From positions 239,010,001 through 239,074,000 of the forward strand of contig OZ024743.1 in NCBI GenBank assembly GCA_964016885.1: 64,000 nt of DNA. The letters are read 5' to 3'. Positions 39,859-53,149 of this stretch are shown here, piece by piece (within the stretch, counting starts at the first letter, position 1; every line of letters starts with the position of its first letter). A program made the position numbers and the translations under genes. The notes below the pieces were generated by a model. It was given only the letters and a program-made list of their open reading frames with translations, was not told the origin of the DNA and searched no databases. The DNA is from Eledone cirrhosa (lineage: Eukaryota).

Positions 39859-41661
39859 CTACCTCACTGCGTCCCGGGGACCAGGCCGCACAATTTCCAT
39901 GGGGGTGGGGGAGGGGTTGTTAGGTGGGGTGGAGGTTTGTGCTAGTGTGGGGGCATCAGTGTGTGGTGGGGTTGGGGTGTTTGGAGTTGTGTGGGTGTTT
40001 GGGGAGGGGGTGGGGAAATGTTTTAGGAGGATGTGGTTAATGGGTCCGACGCAGGGGGGCTCCACATCCTCTTTAAAATGGTCCTTTAATGTTTTGTATA
40101 TGTCCCTTGGGACTTTTATCATTTTGAGGTGGGGTAAATCCCCTGCTTGGGTGAAGTTAGGCCCTTCGGTTTTTACCAAATTGTTATTATAAATAATGTT
40201 CAACAGTTTTTTGTTTCTTGTGTTTATGTATGTGTATGCATATTTTTGTTTTTGTGTGGTGTTTTTGTCTTGCTGTTGTGTGTTCTTTTGTCTTGATGTC
40301 TGTGTTATGTTTTGGGGAGGGGTTGTTTTTATTTGTGTGCCTGAGGTGTGTTTTCTTTTCTTTCTTTTAAATTTTTGGAAATACTCCCCCTCGTCTGACG
40401 ATGAACGGGGGTCGTCTTCCGTGTTGGAGGGGAGGGGTACATTTTCGGGTAGTGTTTGCGTTGTGGGAGTTTTGGAAATTGTTTTTTGAGTGGGGGGGGA
40501 TGGGTTGGACAGTGTTTTGTTTTGTGTTAACTTGTGGGTGTTGTTTTTGTAGTGGTGGTGGTGGTGATTGTGTTGGTTGTGTAGTTGTTGGTGGTGTGGG
40601 CAGCATTGGAGTTTTCTTTTTAAGTTGCGGACAGACAGCCCTCACGTGACCTCTGGTTCCACAGAGGTAACAGGAGGGCCGCCTACCCTCAACAGTAATG
40701 TTTATAAAAGTTTGGTCATCAAGTATGACGCGTTTAGGGATCTGGGCGATCCTTTCGGGCCTCATTTGAACTAAAAGTTCGAGACCCGTTCCACCGAACG
40801 CGTCGCCCGATGCCTTTCCCATGGATATTAATACGTCATCGTTCAGGTCAAGAAAACCTGTTAACACCCACCATATGTTCATAATTGGAAGAATGGTGTG
40901 TATTTTTATTTTCTGTGTCCTTCTACCCATGTACGTATGGTAGAAGGTGTATGAGGTGGATGTAATAGGTTTTACCGAAAGTTTTTTTTACGTGTCCTGG
41001 TCCTTCATGAGAATGGATAGACTCCTATAGAGTCTATCCTTTAGTATGAACAGAATGTCTTTCATTACATCTTTTAAGATCAGCTCTATCTCACTCTGTC
41101 ATGGTTGAGCTGGTCTTTTCGTTTTATTTAACACTATCCTAAACATCACTGTGTTTAGGACTCTCTGACTTTTTAGTTCCGAGGGGCGGGAGAGTGGATC
41201 GAAAATGATCCATTTTCCCTGTATACTATGTATTTTATGGCTTCTGCCAGTAGCTCCTTAGCGTTGCTTATGTCTACTGGCAGGTATTTAAGGTTTTTTT
41301 TCGCAGTTTCGGCAAAGGAAATCTTTCCATTATCCTTGTACGCGTTGTTTTCTTTTTCGTTGCTTTTTTCTATTTTTTTTCTGTTTTCTTTGTCCTTGTT
41401 GATGTTGTTTTGCAGTTTCTGTGTGTTTGTGTTGGTGTTTCTGTCGTTTGTATTTTCATACAATTTCATGTTAACATTTTTTGGGTTTTTACCCACATTT
41501 TCACAATTTACAGTAGAAACATTATGCATAATCGTATTTGAAAGTGAGAGGGGGAAAGTTTCAATTACATTCATTTGTTGTTCCTTTCTCTCACTTTCGT
41601 CAGGGGCCGTGGCAGAGTTGTTGTTCATGTCATCCATTATTGACATATACCTCAACAACAT
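39859..41661 (-). pseudogene. Tx1-like ORF1, disrupted
   Basis: SFAETAK motif, VEGRRPSCYLCGTRGHVRAVC knuckle. Confidence 0.85.
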
Positions 41662-41994
41662 TTTTTAAAAGGTAGTCTACAAACTTAGGCGGGAGGTTAA
41701 TTCACACCGGGACACAAAATACAAACAAACACTTATTGTTAGCACGTAAAATATTCCAAAAAGACAGGAGCTGAAGTTACCTACGTCTATACCATCCGAG
41801 GATAGATAGATAGATGGATGGATAGATAAATAGATGGATGGATAAATAGATAGAGGGATGCATACATACACATATACATAGAAAGATAGATAAATTGATA
41901 TGTACTTTTATTCATATCTTTCTGTCTATATACATTTTTATATGCATGTATATATATATATATATAGATATATTTTAAACATATATATATATTA

Positions 41995-42372
41995 GGGTGT
42001 CCTTTATTTTTCAACTAAATGTTTAGATCCCGCGCCCCTATCTTGTTTCAATTCACAAAAGAATCAATCAATGCAAAATGTTAGCTCAAGCGGACAACGG
42101 CAAGACGACCCTCATAGACCGTGAAATTTTGAAGTTTTCGCCCGGAAGTCATTTTTTTAGATAAAATTTGTTTATCTCTTAGAGAATTTTCTCTTAAATT
42201 AAAAACTTATTCAGACTTATTCTTGGTTTTAGAAGGGTAAGTGACAATGTAATAGGTAAGGCAACTTGCAAAGTTAGGGACTGAGCGCAGGTATAAGGCA
42301 AACACCTATTTTTCGCTGTGGGAGTAGCAACGTTTTAATTTTCGGAAAATTACCTAATGCTAAGGGCCACCC
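41995..42372. mobile_element. Possible MITE (GGGTG..CC termini, TTA/TAA flanks)
   Basis: ttagggtgtccttt ... aagggccaccctaa form short imperfect inverted termini. Confidence 0.4.
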
Positions 42373-42431
42373 TAACAGATATATCCGTATGTTGTTGGCA
42401 GCTGAGAGAAATGAGTACTCGGTATTAACTA

Positions 42432-42567
<136 letters not shown>

Positions 42568-42692
42568 TTATATATATATATATGTATATATGTATATATA
42601 TATACTCTACTTACTATACTTGCTTTCATATTTCGCCTTGCTCCTCCCCTTTTCTCATTGTATTTGTATATAAACATAGATACAAGAAGAAA

Positions 42693-43757
42693 GGGAGAGC
42701 AAGGAGACCAATGAAAAAATGAGAACAATGAGGAAAGGAGAGCAAGGAGAGCAAGGAGACCAATGAGAAAAGGAGACCTAGGAGAGCAAGGGGAGCAAGG
42801 AGACCAATGAGAAAAGGAGAACAATGAGAAAAGGAGAGCAAGGAGAGCAAAGAGAAAAGGGGAGTAAGGATAAAAGGAGAGCAAGGAAAACAAGGAGACC
42901 AATGATAAAAAAGAGCAAGGAGAGCAAGGAGAGCAAGGAGACCAATGAGAAAAGGAGAACAATGAAAAAAGAACAATGAGAGCAAGGAGAAAAGGAGAGT
43001 AAGGATAAAAGGAGAGCAAGGAGAGCAAGGAGAGCAAGGAGACCAATGAGAAAATGAGAACAATGAGAAAAGGAGAGCAATGAGAGCAAGGAGAGCAAGG
43101 AGAGCAAGGAGAAAAGGAGAGTAAGGATAAAAGGAGAGCAAGGAGAGCAAGGAGAAAAGGATAGTAAGGATAAAAGGAGAGCAAGGACAGAAAGGAGACC
43201 ATTGAGAAAAGGAGTACAATGAGAAAATAGCAATGAGATCAAGGAGAAAAGGAGAGTAAGGATAAAAGGAGAGCAAGGAGAGCAAGGAGAGCAAGGAGAG
43301 CAAGGAGACCAATGAGAAAAGGAGGACAATGAGAAAAGGAGAGCAAGGAGAGCAAGGAGAAAAGGAGAGTAAGGAGAAAAGGAGAGCAAGGAGAGCTAGG
43401 AGACCAATGAGAAAAGGAGACCAATGAGAAAAGGAGAGCAAGGAGAGCAAGGAGACCAATGTGAAAAGAGACCAATGAGAAAAAGAGAGCAAGGAGAACA
43501 AAGAGAGCAAGGAGACCATTGAGAAAAGGAGAGCAAGGAGAGCAAGGTGAAAAGGAGAGTCAGGATAAAAGGAGAGCAAGGAGAAAAGGAGAGCAAGGAG
43601 ACCAATGAGAAAAGGAGAGCAAGGAGAGCAAAGAGAAAATGAGAGTAAGGATAAAAGGAGACCCATGAGAAAGGAGATCAAGGAGAACAAGGAGAAAATG
43701 AGAGTAAGGATAAAAGAAGAGCAAGTAGAGCAAGGCGAGCAAGGAGATCAATGAGAC
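42693..43757. repeat. Purine-rich modular minisatellite
   Basis: Shuffled modules ggagagcaa / ggagaccaatgagaaaa / ggagagtaaggataaaa. Confidence 0.95.
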
Positions 43758-44830
43758 AAATTGAAGTGAATGTCAACTGGTGTAGACGCTTTTATTTGGA
43801 GAATGCCCCTCCCAAAGTATAACGATTTTACTCCAAGAATCATGCAAAACTATTTCAAAAAGTGTATGTATATATATGTACATATATATGTATGTATATA
43901 TGTATTATGTGTCTGTGTTTGTACGTAAGTATGTATGTATATGTGTATGTATGTATGCACGTATACATGTGTGTATTGAGTCATTCGAAATTTGGATAGA
44001 ATGCTTTGTAGTGTTTTTTCTGACTCTGCGCTCTGAGGTCAAATTTTTCCTTCCATCCTCTTGAAGTCGACAAAAATGAACGAGTATGTGAGTACTCATT
44101 TTATATATCTTTTTCAATATTTCTCCATCACTACCTCACGTCTCTGGAAGGAATCGGCAGTGTTCAGATCTGTAGAGATATGGGTTCCGTCAGGTTTCAA
44201 AAATGACCCAGAAATGCAGCACCTGAAATAGTCGAAATAGATAGTACCAAATGACCCAGCATATGGCTTTGCTATATTAAAAAAAAAAAAAAAAATTAAA
44301 TTTTCGCTCTACATGGCCAGTCTTCTGATATGCAAATCTGGCTGATCAGTGGATCTGCTAATATGCAGATCTGACTCATCAGCCAGACCGCTAATATGCA
44401 AATCAGGCCGATCAGTCACTGTATATTTTAGAAAATGTCATATATTTTCACTAGCTCTGACACTCGGCAGGTGAACATTGGACTGTACTGATGAAGAATA
44501 TTAACTTATAAACATTAGTGTCTGCAGTTCTGTTTACATGCCAACACAAGAGCAATAATGAGGGGATCATTCTACTGACATGGCTTTAAAAATGAGGCTT
44601 GTTTGCTTAATTGCAAACGAATCAAATATTATTATCAATATTCGAAAAACTCAGATTACATGTATTGTATTCAGCCATGTAGAGCGAATATTTTTATTTT
44701 ATATATATGTATATATATATATATAACGAAGGAAATGTGGTAAGGAACCAGGTGGACCATAACGCACCAAATACTCAATACTTAAAGTAGTAGAGTGGGT
44801 AATAGCTCAGCCGTCGGGGTCTTACTTGTT

Positions 44831-44904
<74 letters not shown>

Positions 44905-44921
44905 AATATATATATAAATAT

Positions 44922-44952
<31 letters not shown>

Positions 44953-45314
44953 AATACATAGTATGTGTGCATATATGTATATATATATATATATATATAC
45001 ACAGTTCAAGAGTAACCAATCTTAAAGAGAGAGATGGAGATAGGAGAGGAGATAGGAGAGGAGAGATTGGTGAATTAGTTAGAAGCCAAAGCGTAAAGGC
45101 ATGTGCTCAATGTGCAATATGCAGTGGAAAGCAGCTAGGTGGCTGGGTTCATGCAGAAGTTAGGCGCGCAGAGCTGGAAATATTCATTAGTTAATCAAAA
45201 CAAGACCACAAATTTAACAAGGAAGACATTATTAAAAGATTGTCAACATATCTTAGTTTGATGTAAGAAATGTAGAGAATAATAATAATAATAATATTAA
45301 TAATAATAATGTAC

Positions 45315-45433
45315 GTTTACAATTGTTTCGCTACTCCATATAATATTTCTGGATCAAATGACTATATATCATTATTGATCTGGTTCAGTTGAAAATAATT
45401 AACATAATTAAAGATAGAGCGGCTCATCGGAAC
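45315..45433 (-). ncRNA. Hammerhead-like motif with extended stem II, CCGAUGA core
   Basis: Inverted copy of 46691-46808. Confidence 0.6.
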
Positions 45434-45564
45434 TTCAAAGGAATATAAATTAAAATAAGGAAAGTATGTTACATAATGTAATATTCCATATATTGGTATT
45501 TCACTATGGTGTCCTGGGTATATCAATTAGATTAGCCACTAATATCCCTAATATAGCCACTAAT

Positions 45565-46312
45565 ATCCCTAAACGCTTCTTCTCTATTTTATCTAAATAT
45601 CCACCCACCGCCCCCAACCATAGATATTACAAACTCTTTAATAAAAATAACATTAAAATCTCATTCTCCACAAAACCTAACCTAGCTAGCCACATCTTAT
45701 TCAGTAACCATCATAATCTAAGACAGTATAACTCCCACACCGCGGTAATACCACCCCTATCAAATACACCACGCCACTACACCAATACTTACTCTAGTAG
45801 CAATCTCCCCCATCTAATCCTTCTAACACTGACCAACCGCTTAGGTTAAACTACCCTACTCTCACTAACCGCAGAAGCAACTGCAAGTGCCGTTACCCTA
45901 ATGCATGCCCACTAAATGGACACTGCCTGACACCCAACATAGTCTATAGGTGCACGGTTAAAACTGCTTCGAATACCAGCACCTATATTGGGTCTACCTC
46001 TAACCCTTTTAAGATACGCGATAACGCGCACTCTTTTTCCTCCGAGACCGTAACAACAGATGTTCGACATCTCTAGCTAGGCTAATTAAAAACCTTAAAT
46101 TAACCAACATTGAACATTCACTAACATGGGATATCTTACCTAGGACCCAACCGTTCAATGGACGAAGAAAATCTTGTGATCTCTGTATTACCGAAGCATA
46201 TTACATAACTCTATCACGACCTCTACCAATTAACGATAGAACGGAGGTAACTATTAGCTGTCAACATCGAAGGGCCAATTCCTTCGCCAACAGAATATTT
46301 GACCCAACATAG
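45565..46312 (+). pseudogene. PLE linker + GIY-YIG endonuclease remnant
   Basis: HRYYKLFNKNNIKISFS..N; CKCRYPNACPLNGHCLTPNIVYRCTV..TYIGSTSNPFKIR; WDIL..CDLCITE..NDRTE..CQH. Confidence 0.9.
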
Positions 46313-46690
46313 TCATCTAGCCCCATTTTTACTTGTAGCTAATAAGTTAAATAGCTATAACTAACTTAGATATTTATAAGTTACCTCCCCTACATTGTCT
46401 CTCAATTAAAAAATTAAAAAATTAGCACTTAACTATAAACTACCCACAATTTCTAATCTCTCGAGGAGTTACTTCCTCTAAAACCACCCTCTAATTAGTA
46501 AGGTAAATATGTCCATTGGCGGCCATCTTGTTACCCATAGGCAGATCTCACACAATGCAGCCTCGACAGAAGAATATTACTTGATTATGGCAGACAATTG
46601 ATAAACCCAGGACACCATAGTGAAATACCAATATATGGAGCATTACATTATATAACATTCTTTCCTTATTTTAATTTGTATTCCTTTGAA

Positions 46691-46808
46691 GTTCCGATGA
46701 GCCGTTCTATCTTTAATTATGTTAATTATTTTCAACTGAACCAGATCAATAATGATATATAGTCATTTGATCCAGAATATTATATGGAGTAGCGAAACAA
46801 TTGTAAAC
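46691..46808 (+). ncRNA. Hammerhead-like motif with extended stem II, CCGAUGA core
   Basis: gtt CCGATGA gccgttctat..(~73 nt)..atggagtagc GAAA caattg TA aac. Confidence 0.6.
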
Positions 46809-46817
46809 GGACATTAT

Positions 46818-46991
46818 TGGCTGTATCGGTAGAGCGTCGGACGCCATGCTTTCCAGCATAGTTACGTCCCTTTACGATCTGAGTTCAAATCCCGCCGAGG
46901 TTGACTTTGCCTTTCATCCTTACGGGGTCGATAAAATAAAGTACCAGTAATGCACTGGGTAATTGCTGGCCTTGTGCCTAAAGTAGAAACA
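46818..46991 (+). mobile_element. SINE family A inserted in the PLE pLTR
   Basis: Full A box/B box body; absent from the mirrored arm; sits in an (ATT)n tract. Confidence 0.9.
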
Positions 46992-47084
46992 ATTATTATT
47001 AATATTATTATTATTATTATTCTCTAAATTCTTACATCAAACTAAAATATGTTGACAATCTTTTAATAATGTTTTGCTTAACTA

Positions 47085-47172
<88 letters not shown>

Positions 47173-48747
47173 TTGTATGGTGTACACATGGAGTTTAGGA
47201 GTCATTAGAACATAAATATACGTATACCTGCAGTAAACGAGGCAGTAAAAACAACACTGCTAATGATTGATTAAATTAGAAATATAGAAATGTGTTTTTC
47301 CAAAAGAGCTGTGACAGAGTACTTTAGATATAATGGTTCCTTTACCAACACGTGTCTAAATGAACGGGTTCTCCCATATATATATGACTATACGAATATA
47401 CACACACATACACACATACATATACCTACATATATACGTAGCTTTGTATACAAATCTATCTATCTATCTATATATATATTTAGGTTTGTTGGTTCACCAC
47501 TGGATAGAACTGGTCATTCCGTATGATGAAACTCGATGTAATATTATGGAGAGCACTCAACGTAATGCAACTCACCCGTCTTCGTTTTCAGCCCCATGGA
47601 TTTTGTCTATTATATTCCTTTGTTATATTTCGAATACCTGATGATGTCACCGGATTCATACTGAACCCGGTCATTGAAATTATCATAGCATAATAAACCT
47701 TTTAAGGAATGACACCAGTCCAGCCTCCTGTTATTTTATAATATCTATCTATATATATATATATATATATATATACCAGGATTTTACACCACTGTCCCAT
47801 CGCTCCAGCTATCCATCCTGCCACTAATGGATTCTCCAACATCTGATCACACAGACCGTGCAAAAACCCCAGAAACACACACACACAAACACTTACACTA
47901 TTTTTGCACCACGCCACCATACACCCACACCACATATTAACACACACACACACACACACGTGCGTATCCCCACATACACACACTCAGCCTCCGGACACCA
48001 CACGCACCCTCTCCCCCACTCCATCTGACCGCACTCTCCATCCACACGCACACACACACACCGTTTGACACCCCACCTTATGTACACACTGGTTTCCCTA
48101 TTACCCTAACATCCGAACATGGATCTCGTTTTTTACTCCAACTCTCACATTCACATCCACACACACACACACACGTACACCTACACACATACACACACAC
48201 CACCTTCAGCCCACCCCGCTCCGACCCCCCGTCTCCCTCCCCTCCATCCACCCCACACCTACACACCTCACACCCTTTCACCACTTGTTTCTTTTAATTT
48301 TAATTTGTTTACTCTCCAAAAAAGTTCCTTTTCCGCCCGTTTACTCCCCCCCCATTTTTAAAGTAATTTTTTAATGTCTTTCCACCACTCCCCCACATAC
48401 CCTCGGAACTCTCTTCCTGCCCACTTTTCTGCTTATGCCCGAAACGTGCCCTCCTCCCCCACTCTCAAGCGTGAAACTAATAATAACATTTGTACTGCCT
48501 CTTCGCTTCCACGTATTTTTGTTTGTTTTCTGTTTACTGTCGCAACTTGAAAAAAAAAAAAATATATATATATGCAGAGGTTATATTTAATTTGTTGGGA
48601 TTCAACAAGATTAAAAGTGCTTTTATAACTGATATAAAGCACACAACAGGTTAGTGGAGTAAATATACAATATACAATATATTAACAAATGGAAGTATAA
48701 TAAAATAAATATGGTTTTATAAATATAGTTTCCATTTGTTAATATAT

Positions 48748-48782
<35 letters not shown>

Positions 48783-48900
48783 AGAGAGAGAGAGAGAGAG
48801 AAATGAATAGATATATAGATAGATATATAGGTAGATGTATATAAACATTACGTACAAGTCAACAGGTTAACAGGCTATAATTAATTTAATTATTCATAAT

Positions 48901-49074
48901 TGTTTCTACTTTAGGCACAAGGCCAGCAATTACCCAGTTCATTACTGGTACTTTATTTTATCGACCCCGTAAGGATGAAAGGCAAAGTCAACCTCGGCGG
49001 GATTTGAACTCAGATCGTAAAGGGACGTAACTATGCTGGAAAGCATGGCGTCCGATCCTCTACCGATACTGCCA
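48901..49074 (-). mobile_element. SINE family A with TSD tcataat
   Basis: Reverse complement of the family consensus; direct repeats at 48894 and 49075. Confidence 0.9.
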
Positions 49075-49904
49075 TCATAATCACTGTTATATATACTGAT
49101 GTGTCGCTGATTAACTAACACATACTCTAATTAATATATATATATATATGTGTGTAGGTGTGAGTATACATATGTGTGTCTGTGTGCGTGTACATACATA
49201 CATACATACATACATACATACATACATACGCATATGTGTGTGTGTAACTTTGATCACGTTCACAGCTTGAAGATTCGAAAAGCCTTTTGTTAGGTTATTG
49301 TGTAGGAGTTTGTTAATTCAGAAATTAGTTTATAAAGATTAATTCCCCTAGTATATATTCTGTGCTCTCGGAAGGTGAAATGTCAACGTCAAAAGAAAAC
49401 AAAATAAAATATTAAATCTTAACAGAAAAAAACTGTGGCGAAATTTGTTGTCATTGATGATGAAGTTGGTTCAGTAATTATCACAGTAATAGGATGTAAA
49501 ATGGCAAACTAAAGAAATTAAACGGTAGGGGCGGGGGGATGATGGTAATAAAGAAAAATTATATAAATACTCCAGAGAACTTGTGTTTGGTCAATCATAT
49601 AATACGGAAATTTCTTAAAAAGTGGACACATTTTGATAATTCCCACAGGTGTCAGACAACTCTACCACGTCATCTTCACGGTGAATCACAGAATGCTAAA
49701 TGCGAAAAATAAAACTCTTCTACGAATAAAGCATGAAAAATAAACTTGACCTTGTGCTTAAGCAACAAAGGAAAGGAAGGCAACATTCTTGGAATTATAA
49801 ATGTTTAAGCTGAACAGAAACGTTAATGTCTAAATAGAGACTTTTTTTTTCGTTTTCTATTCATTGAAAAGCTAGCTAGACACATTAATGGAATTTAGGT
49901 ACAG

Positions 49905-50105
49905 AGCCAGCAAATTTGAGGGAAAGGCAAAGTTGATTAAATTAACCCCATTATGATCTGAGTTCAAATGCCGCCGGGGGGGTCGATAAAATAAAGTACC
50001 AGTCACGCACTGGTGTCAATTTAATGGACTTTCCCCTCCCCCACATTGCTGGCCTTGTGCCTATATAAGAAACCATTATTTGGCTGGTATTTTGTTTCAT
50101 CGACG
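49905..50105 (+). mobile_element. SINE family A-related fragments
   Basis: gagttcaaat..gggtcgataaaataaagtaccagt..ttgctggccttgtgcc. Confidence 0.75.
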
Positions 50106-50604
50106 TTTCAATAAATCTGCCATTGCGCCGTCCTAAAATATAATATTAAAGACAGTCGTACTGTTAATGGCGATATGAACAATTTACTTGCTGTTATTGG
50201 TTAGCCCTTCTTAAGAACTGATTCAGCATTGAATATGATCCAGTTTAATCCTCTCAGAGTAGAAAGGAACAACGTAACCATTCTATTTATTTATTTAGAC
50301 CACCGCAAAATAGTTGTTGTTACTGTTGTTGTTTAGTCCTAGGACATATTTGATCCCCAACGCCTGACATCATATTGTTTACATCTGTAATGATCTCTCA
50401 TCTTTAAACAAAACTGAGGATACACAGACACACACATGTCTGTGTATAAATATAAATATATGTGTGTATAGATGTGTATGTGTATGGATGTTATATATAT
50501 ACACATATATATGTATGTATATATATATATATATATGGGGGGGGGGGAGAGTGTGAGTGTGTGTGTGCGTGTGTGTGTATATATATATATATATCAGAAA
50601 GGGT

Positions 50605-50782
50605 GTCGTAAAATACCAGGTTGACCATAACCCACCAGAGTATTCGATACTTGCGGTAGTAGGGTGGGTAATAGGAAAAGATTCAGGACCCCAACGGCTG
50701 AGTTCCGGCCGTTTCGACAGCTAGTTCGGATCTAGCTGTCGAATCGGCCGGAGCTCTGCCGTCGGGGTCATACTTGTTCCTA
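50605..50782. mobile_element. AGTCCAG-related pLTR fragment with hairpin 50687-50769
   Basis: gacccc..gtttcgacagctag ttcggat ctagctgtcgaatc..gccgtcggggtc. Confidence 0.75.
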
Positions 50783-50784
50783 AT

Positions 50785-50960
50785 TGGTAGTATCGGTAGA
50801 GGGTCGGACGCCATGCTTTCCAGCATAGTTACGTACCTTTACGATCTGAGAGTTCAAATCCCACCGAGGTTGACTTTGCCTTTCATCCTTACGGGGTCGA
50901 TAAAATACAGTACCAGTAATGCACTGGGTAATTGCTGGCCTTGTGCCTAAAGTAGAAACA
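50785..50960 (+). mobile_element. SINE family A
   Basis: Full body, ends agtagaaaca. Confidence 0.9.
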
Positions 50961-51027
50961 ATTATATATATATATATATATATATATTTATTAAAATAAC
51001 AGATTTTAGTCTTCAAATTTATTATTA

Positions 51028-51106
<79 letters not shown>

Positions 51107-51446
51107 ACACACACATGCATATATAAATGTGTCCCTAATTTGTTTAATGGTATGTACTATATGAGAAAAGCCTGGTTATGAAATGAATATTTGTTTGCCG
51201 TTTCATTAGACAACTAAAGTTACTTCTGTTGCAGTAGTGGGTGTTCTGGTTGTTTATTAGCGTCAACTCAAATTTAGATGGAACCTTATTTCTAAATGTA
51301 TTACATGTAGAATCACATCGTTCAGTGCCTGTTCCCTGTGTTTTAAAGACAGTGGGATGTAGTTTAATATGGAGAAATTCAGCAGGTGTCTCTAGCGGAA
51401 GGCATTGTTAATGACCCTTCCGTTTTATCGACACTCAAGAAACATA

Positions 51447-51613
51447 TCGTATTTCCCGGCGCTGAAGACGCTTCGTCCTCGAGGACGCCCCTTAATTTTG
51501 ACAACCAAAAATTAAAAAAAAATAATAAACAACTTTCGGCCTCCAGGACGCATTGTAGATTTTTGAGATTTATTTTAGGAAAAAAGTAACGTCTTCGACG
51601 CCGGGAAATACGG
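51447..51613. mobile_element. Tc1/mariner (pogo/Tc2-like) MITE
   Basis: ~24 bp TIRs tcgtatttcccggcgctgaagacg / cgtcttcgacgccgggaaatacgg flanked by TA. Confidence 0.8.
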
Positions 51614-51789
51614 TATTTTCTTAGTGATAATTAACAGAAATCCACAAACTTTACATTTTCAGCTGTTACTGCTAACGTGGCCCTGTAGATTCAGCCAAAT
51701 ACTGTTTTCTTTTAAGTAATATTCATTAGTAACAAATGAGTGGTTAATTTGATTTGTGAGTTTAGAAGTATTGACTGGGATGAATATTA

Positions 51790-51965
51790 TGTGGTCCAAG
51801 TTAGGGTGTTGAGCATAGAATCGTAATGTATGTTCAGTTACTGGACCGGACTGTGCTCTGTGTTCTTGAGCAAAACATTTCTTTTCATGTTGCTCCAGTC
51901 CACTGAGCTGAAAATGAGAACCAGCACTAGTTAAGATTTAACCCTGCAATAGACAGGTGTCTATG
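51790..51965 (+). mobile_element. SINE family B, diverged
   Basis: gtgttcttgagcaaaacatttcttttcatgttgctccagtccac domain. Confidence 0.7.
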
Positions 51966-51966
51966 C

Positions 51967-52022
<56 letters not shown>

Positions 52023-52781
52023 TCATACATACACACATATGCATACGGGTAATGGTGGCTTTGAACATTTTAAAATCCGCTCAAAACTGCATAGTGTGCA
52101 CACTTCCACACATGTGTCTCTGTGTATAAATGTGTGTACGTGTATAGACCTGTTTATATATATTACATTATACGTTTATATAAACATTATATATACGAGA
52201 TGGAGGGGGGGGGGGGTGGAAGAGATGGGGAAAGAGTGTATGTGTGAGCAAGAAGGTCTTAGTGGAAAGAAAATAAAACGTAAATCTCTAAATTCACATT
52301 AGTTGGATTTAAAATGTATGTACTAAGACAGCGCACATAAAACACATCTCACGCGCATGCTCGCAGGATCGTATTTAGTTATGATGTCTAACATAAATTA
52401 TATTACAGAATAGTCAATAAATCTTTTCGAAATACTCCATATATATTTGGGAGTTATATTTTACTTTGTAGCTTTTGCTTCCATATGACTTATAATTAAA
52501 ATTGCTGTCATTAATAATGCATTTTAAATATTAAATTTGACTATTCATTAGTTAAAACTATAAACTTGTTGCTCTTTCTTTTTAATATCGATAGATTTTA
52601 TTTTGTTTAAATCTTACTTTCGTTGTACACACGCACATATTTATGTGTGTGTTCTCGTGAATGTGAGTGTATACGTTTTTTTAATGAGAATTAATATAAA
52701 TAGTTATAGATATAATCACACAAATATCACGCGGAATAATTAAGACTAATATAATGATTATTAAAAGTATTGTCCGTGAAT

Positions 52782-52958
52782 TGGCAGTATCAGTAGAGGG
52801 TCGGGCGCCATGCTTTGAAGCATAAAGTTACCTCTCTTTATGATCTAAGTTCAAATCCCGCCGAGGTTAACTTTGCCTTTCATCCTTACGGGGTCGATAA
52901 AATAAAGTACCAGTAATGCACTGGGATAATTGCTGGCCTTGTGCCGAAAGTAGAAACA
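52782..52958 (+). mobile_element. SINE family A
   Basis: Full body. Confidence 0.9.
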
Positions 52959-53149
52959 ACTATTACTTTTGTTATTATTATTGTTATTGTTATTATTGTC
53001 CCCATACACTCACACCAAGCTCACCCCTCGTAGACAGATCTCAGGAGATTTATTGATAAACAGGACTACACACTTCGCTCGCTTCTTTATTTTAATAAGT
53101 AGCAGTATATGTTGTTGAAAGTTTAGAGACGAAGAGGAAAATGCCTCGT

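Larger units (their letters stand above)
36186..41800 (-). mobile_element. Full-length decayed Tx1/L1-clade LINE (second subfamily)
   Basis: Same architecture as 10096-15912; (GATA)n at 36132-36185 and degenerate (GATA/GATG)n at 41801-41853. Confidence 0.93.
45225..47075 (+). mobile_element. Penelope-like element, 5'-truncated, with inverted pLTR at the 5' end
   Basis: 45225-45533 is the reverse complement of 46600-46817 plus 46992-47075; the linker/GIY-YIG coding remnant lies between; both arms carry an HHR motif. Confidence 0.9.

Noticed and set aside
48674-48750. 21-bp AT-rich inverted repeat
   Set aside because: Real, but short, with no associated motif; not interpretable further.
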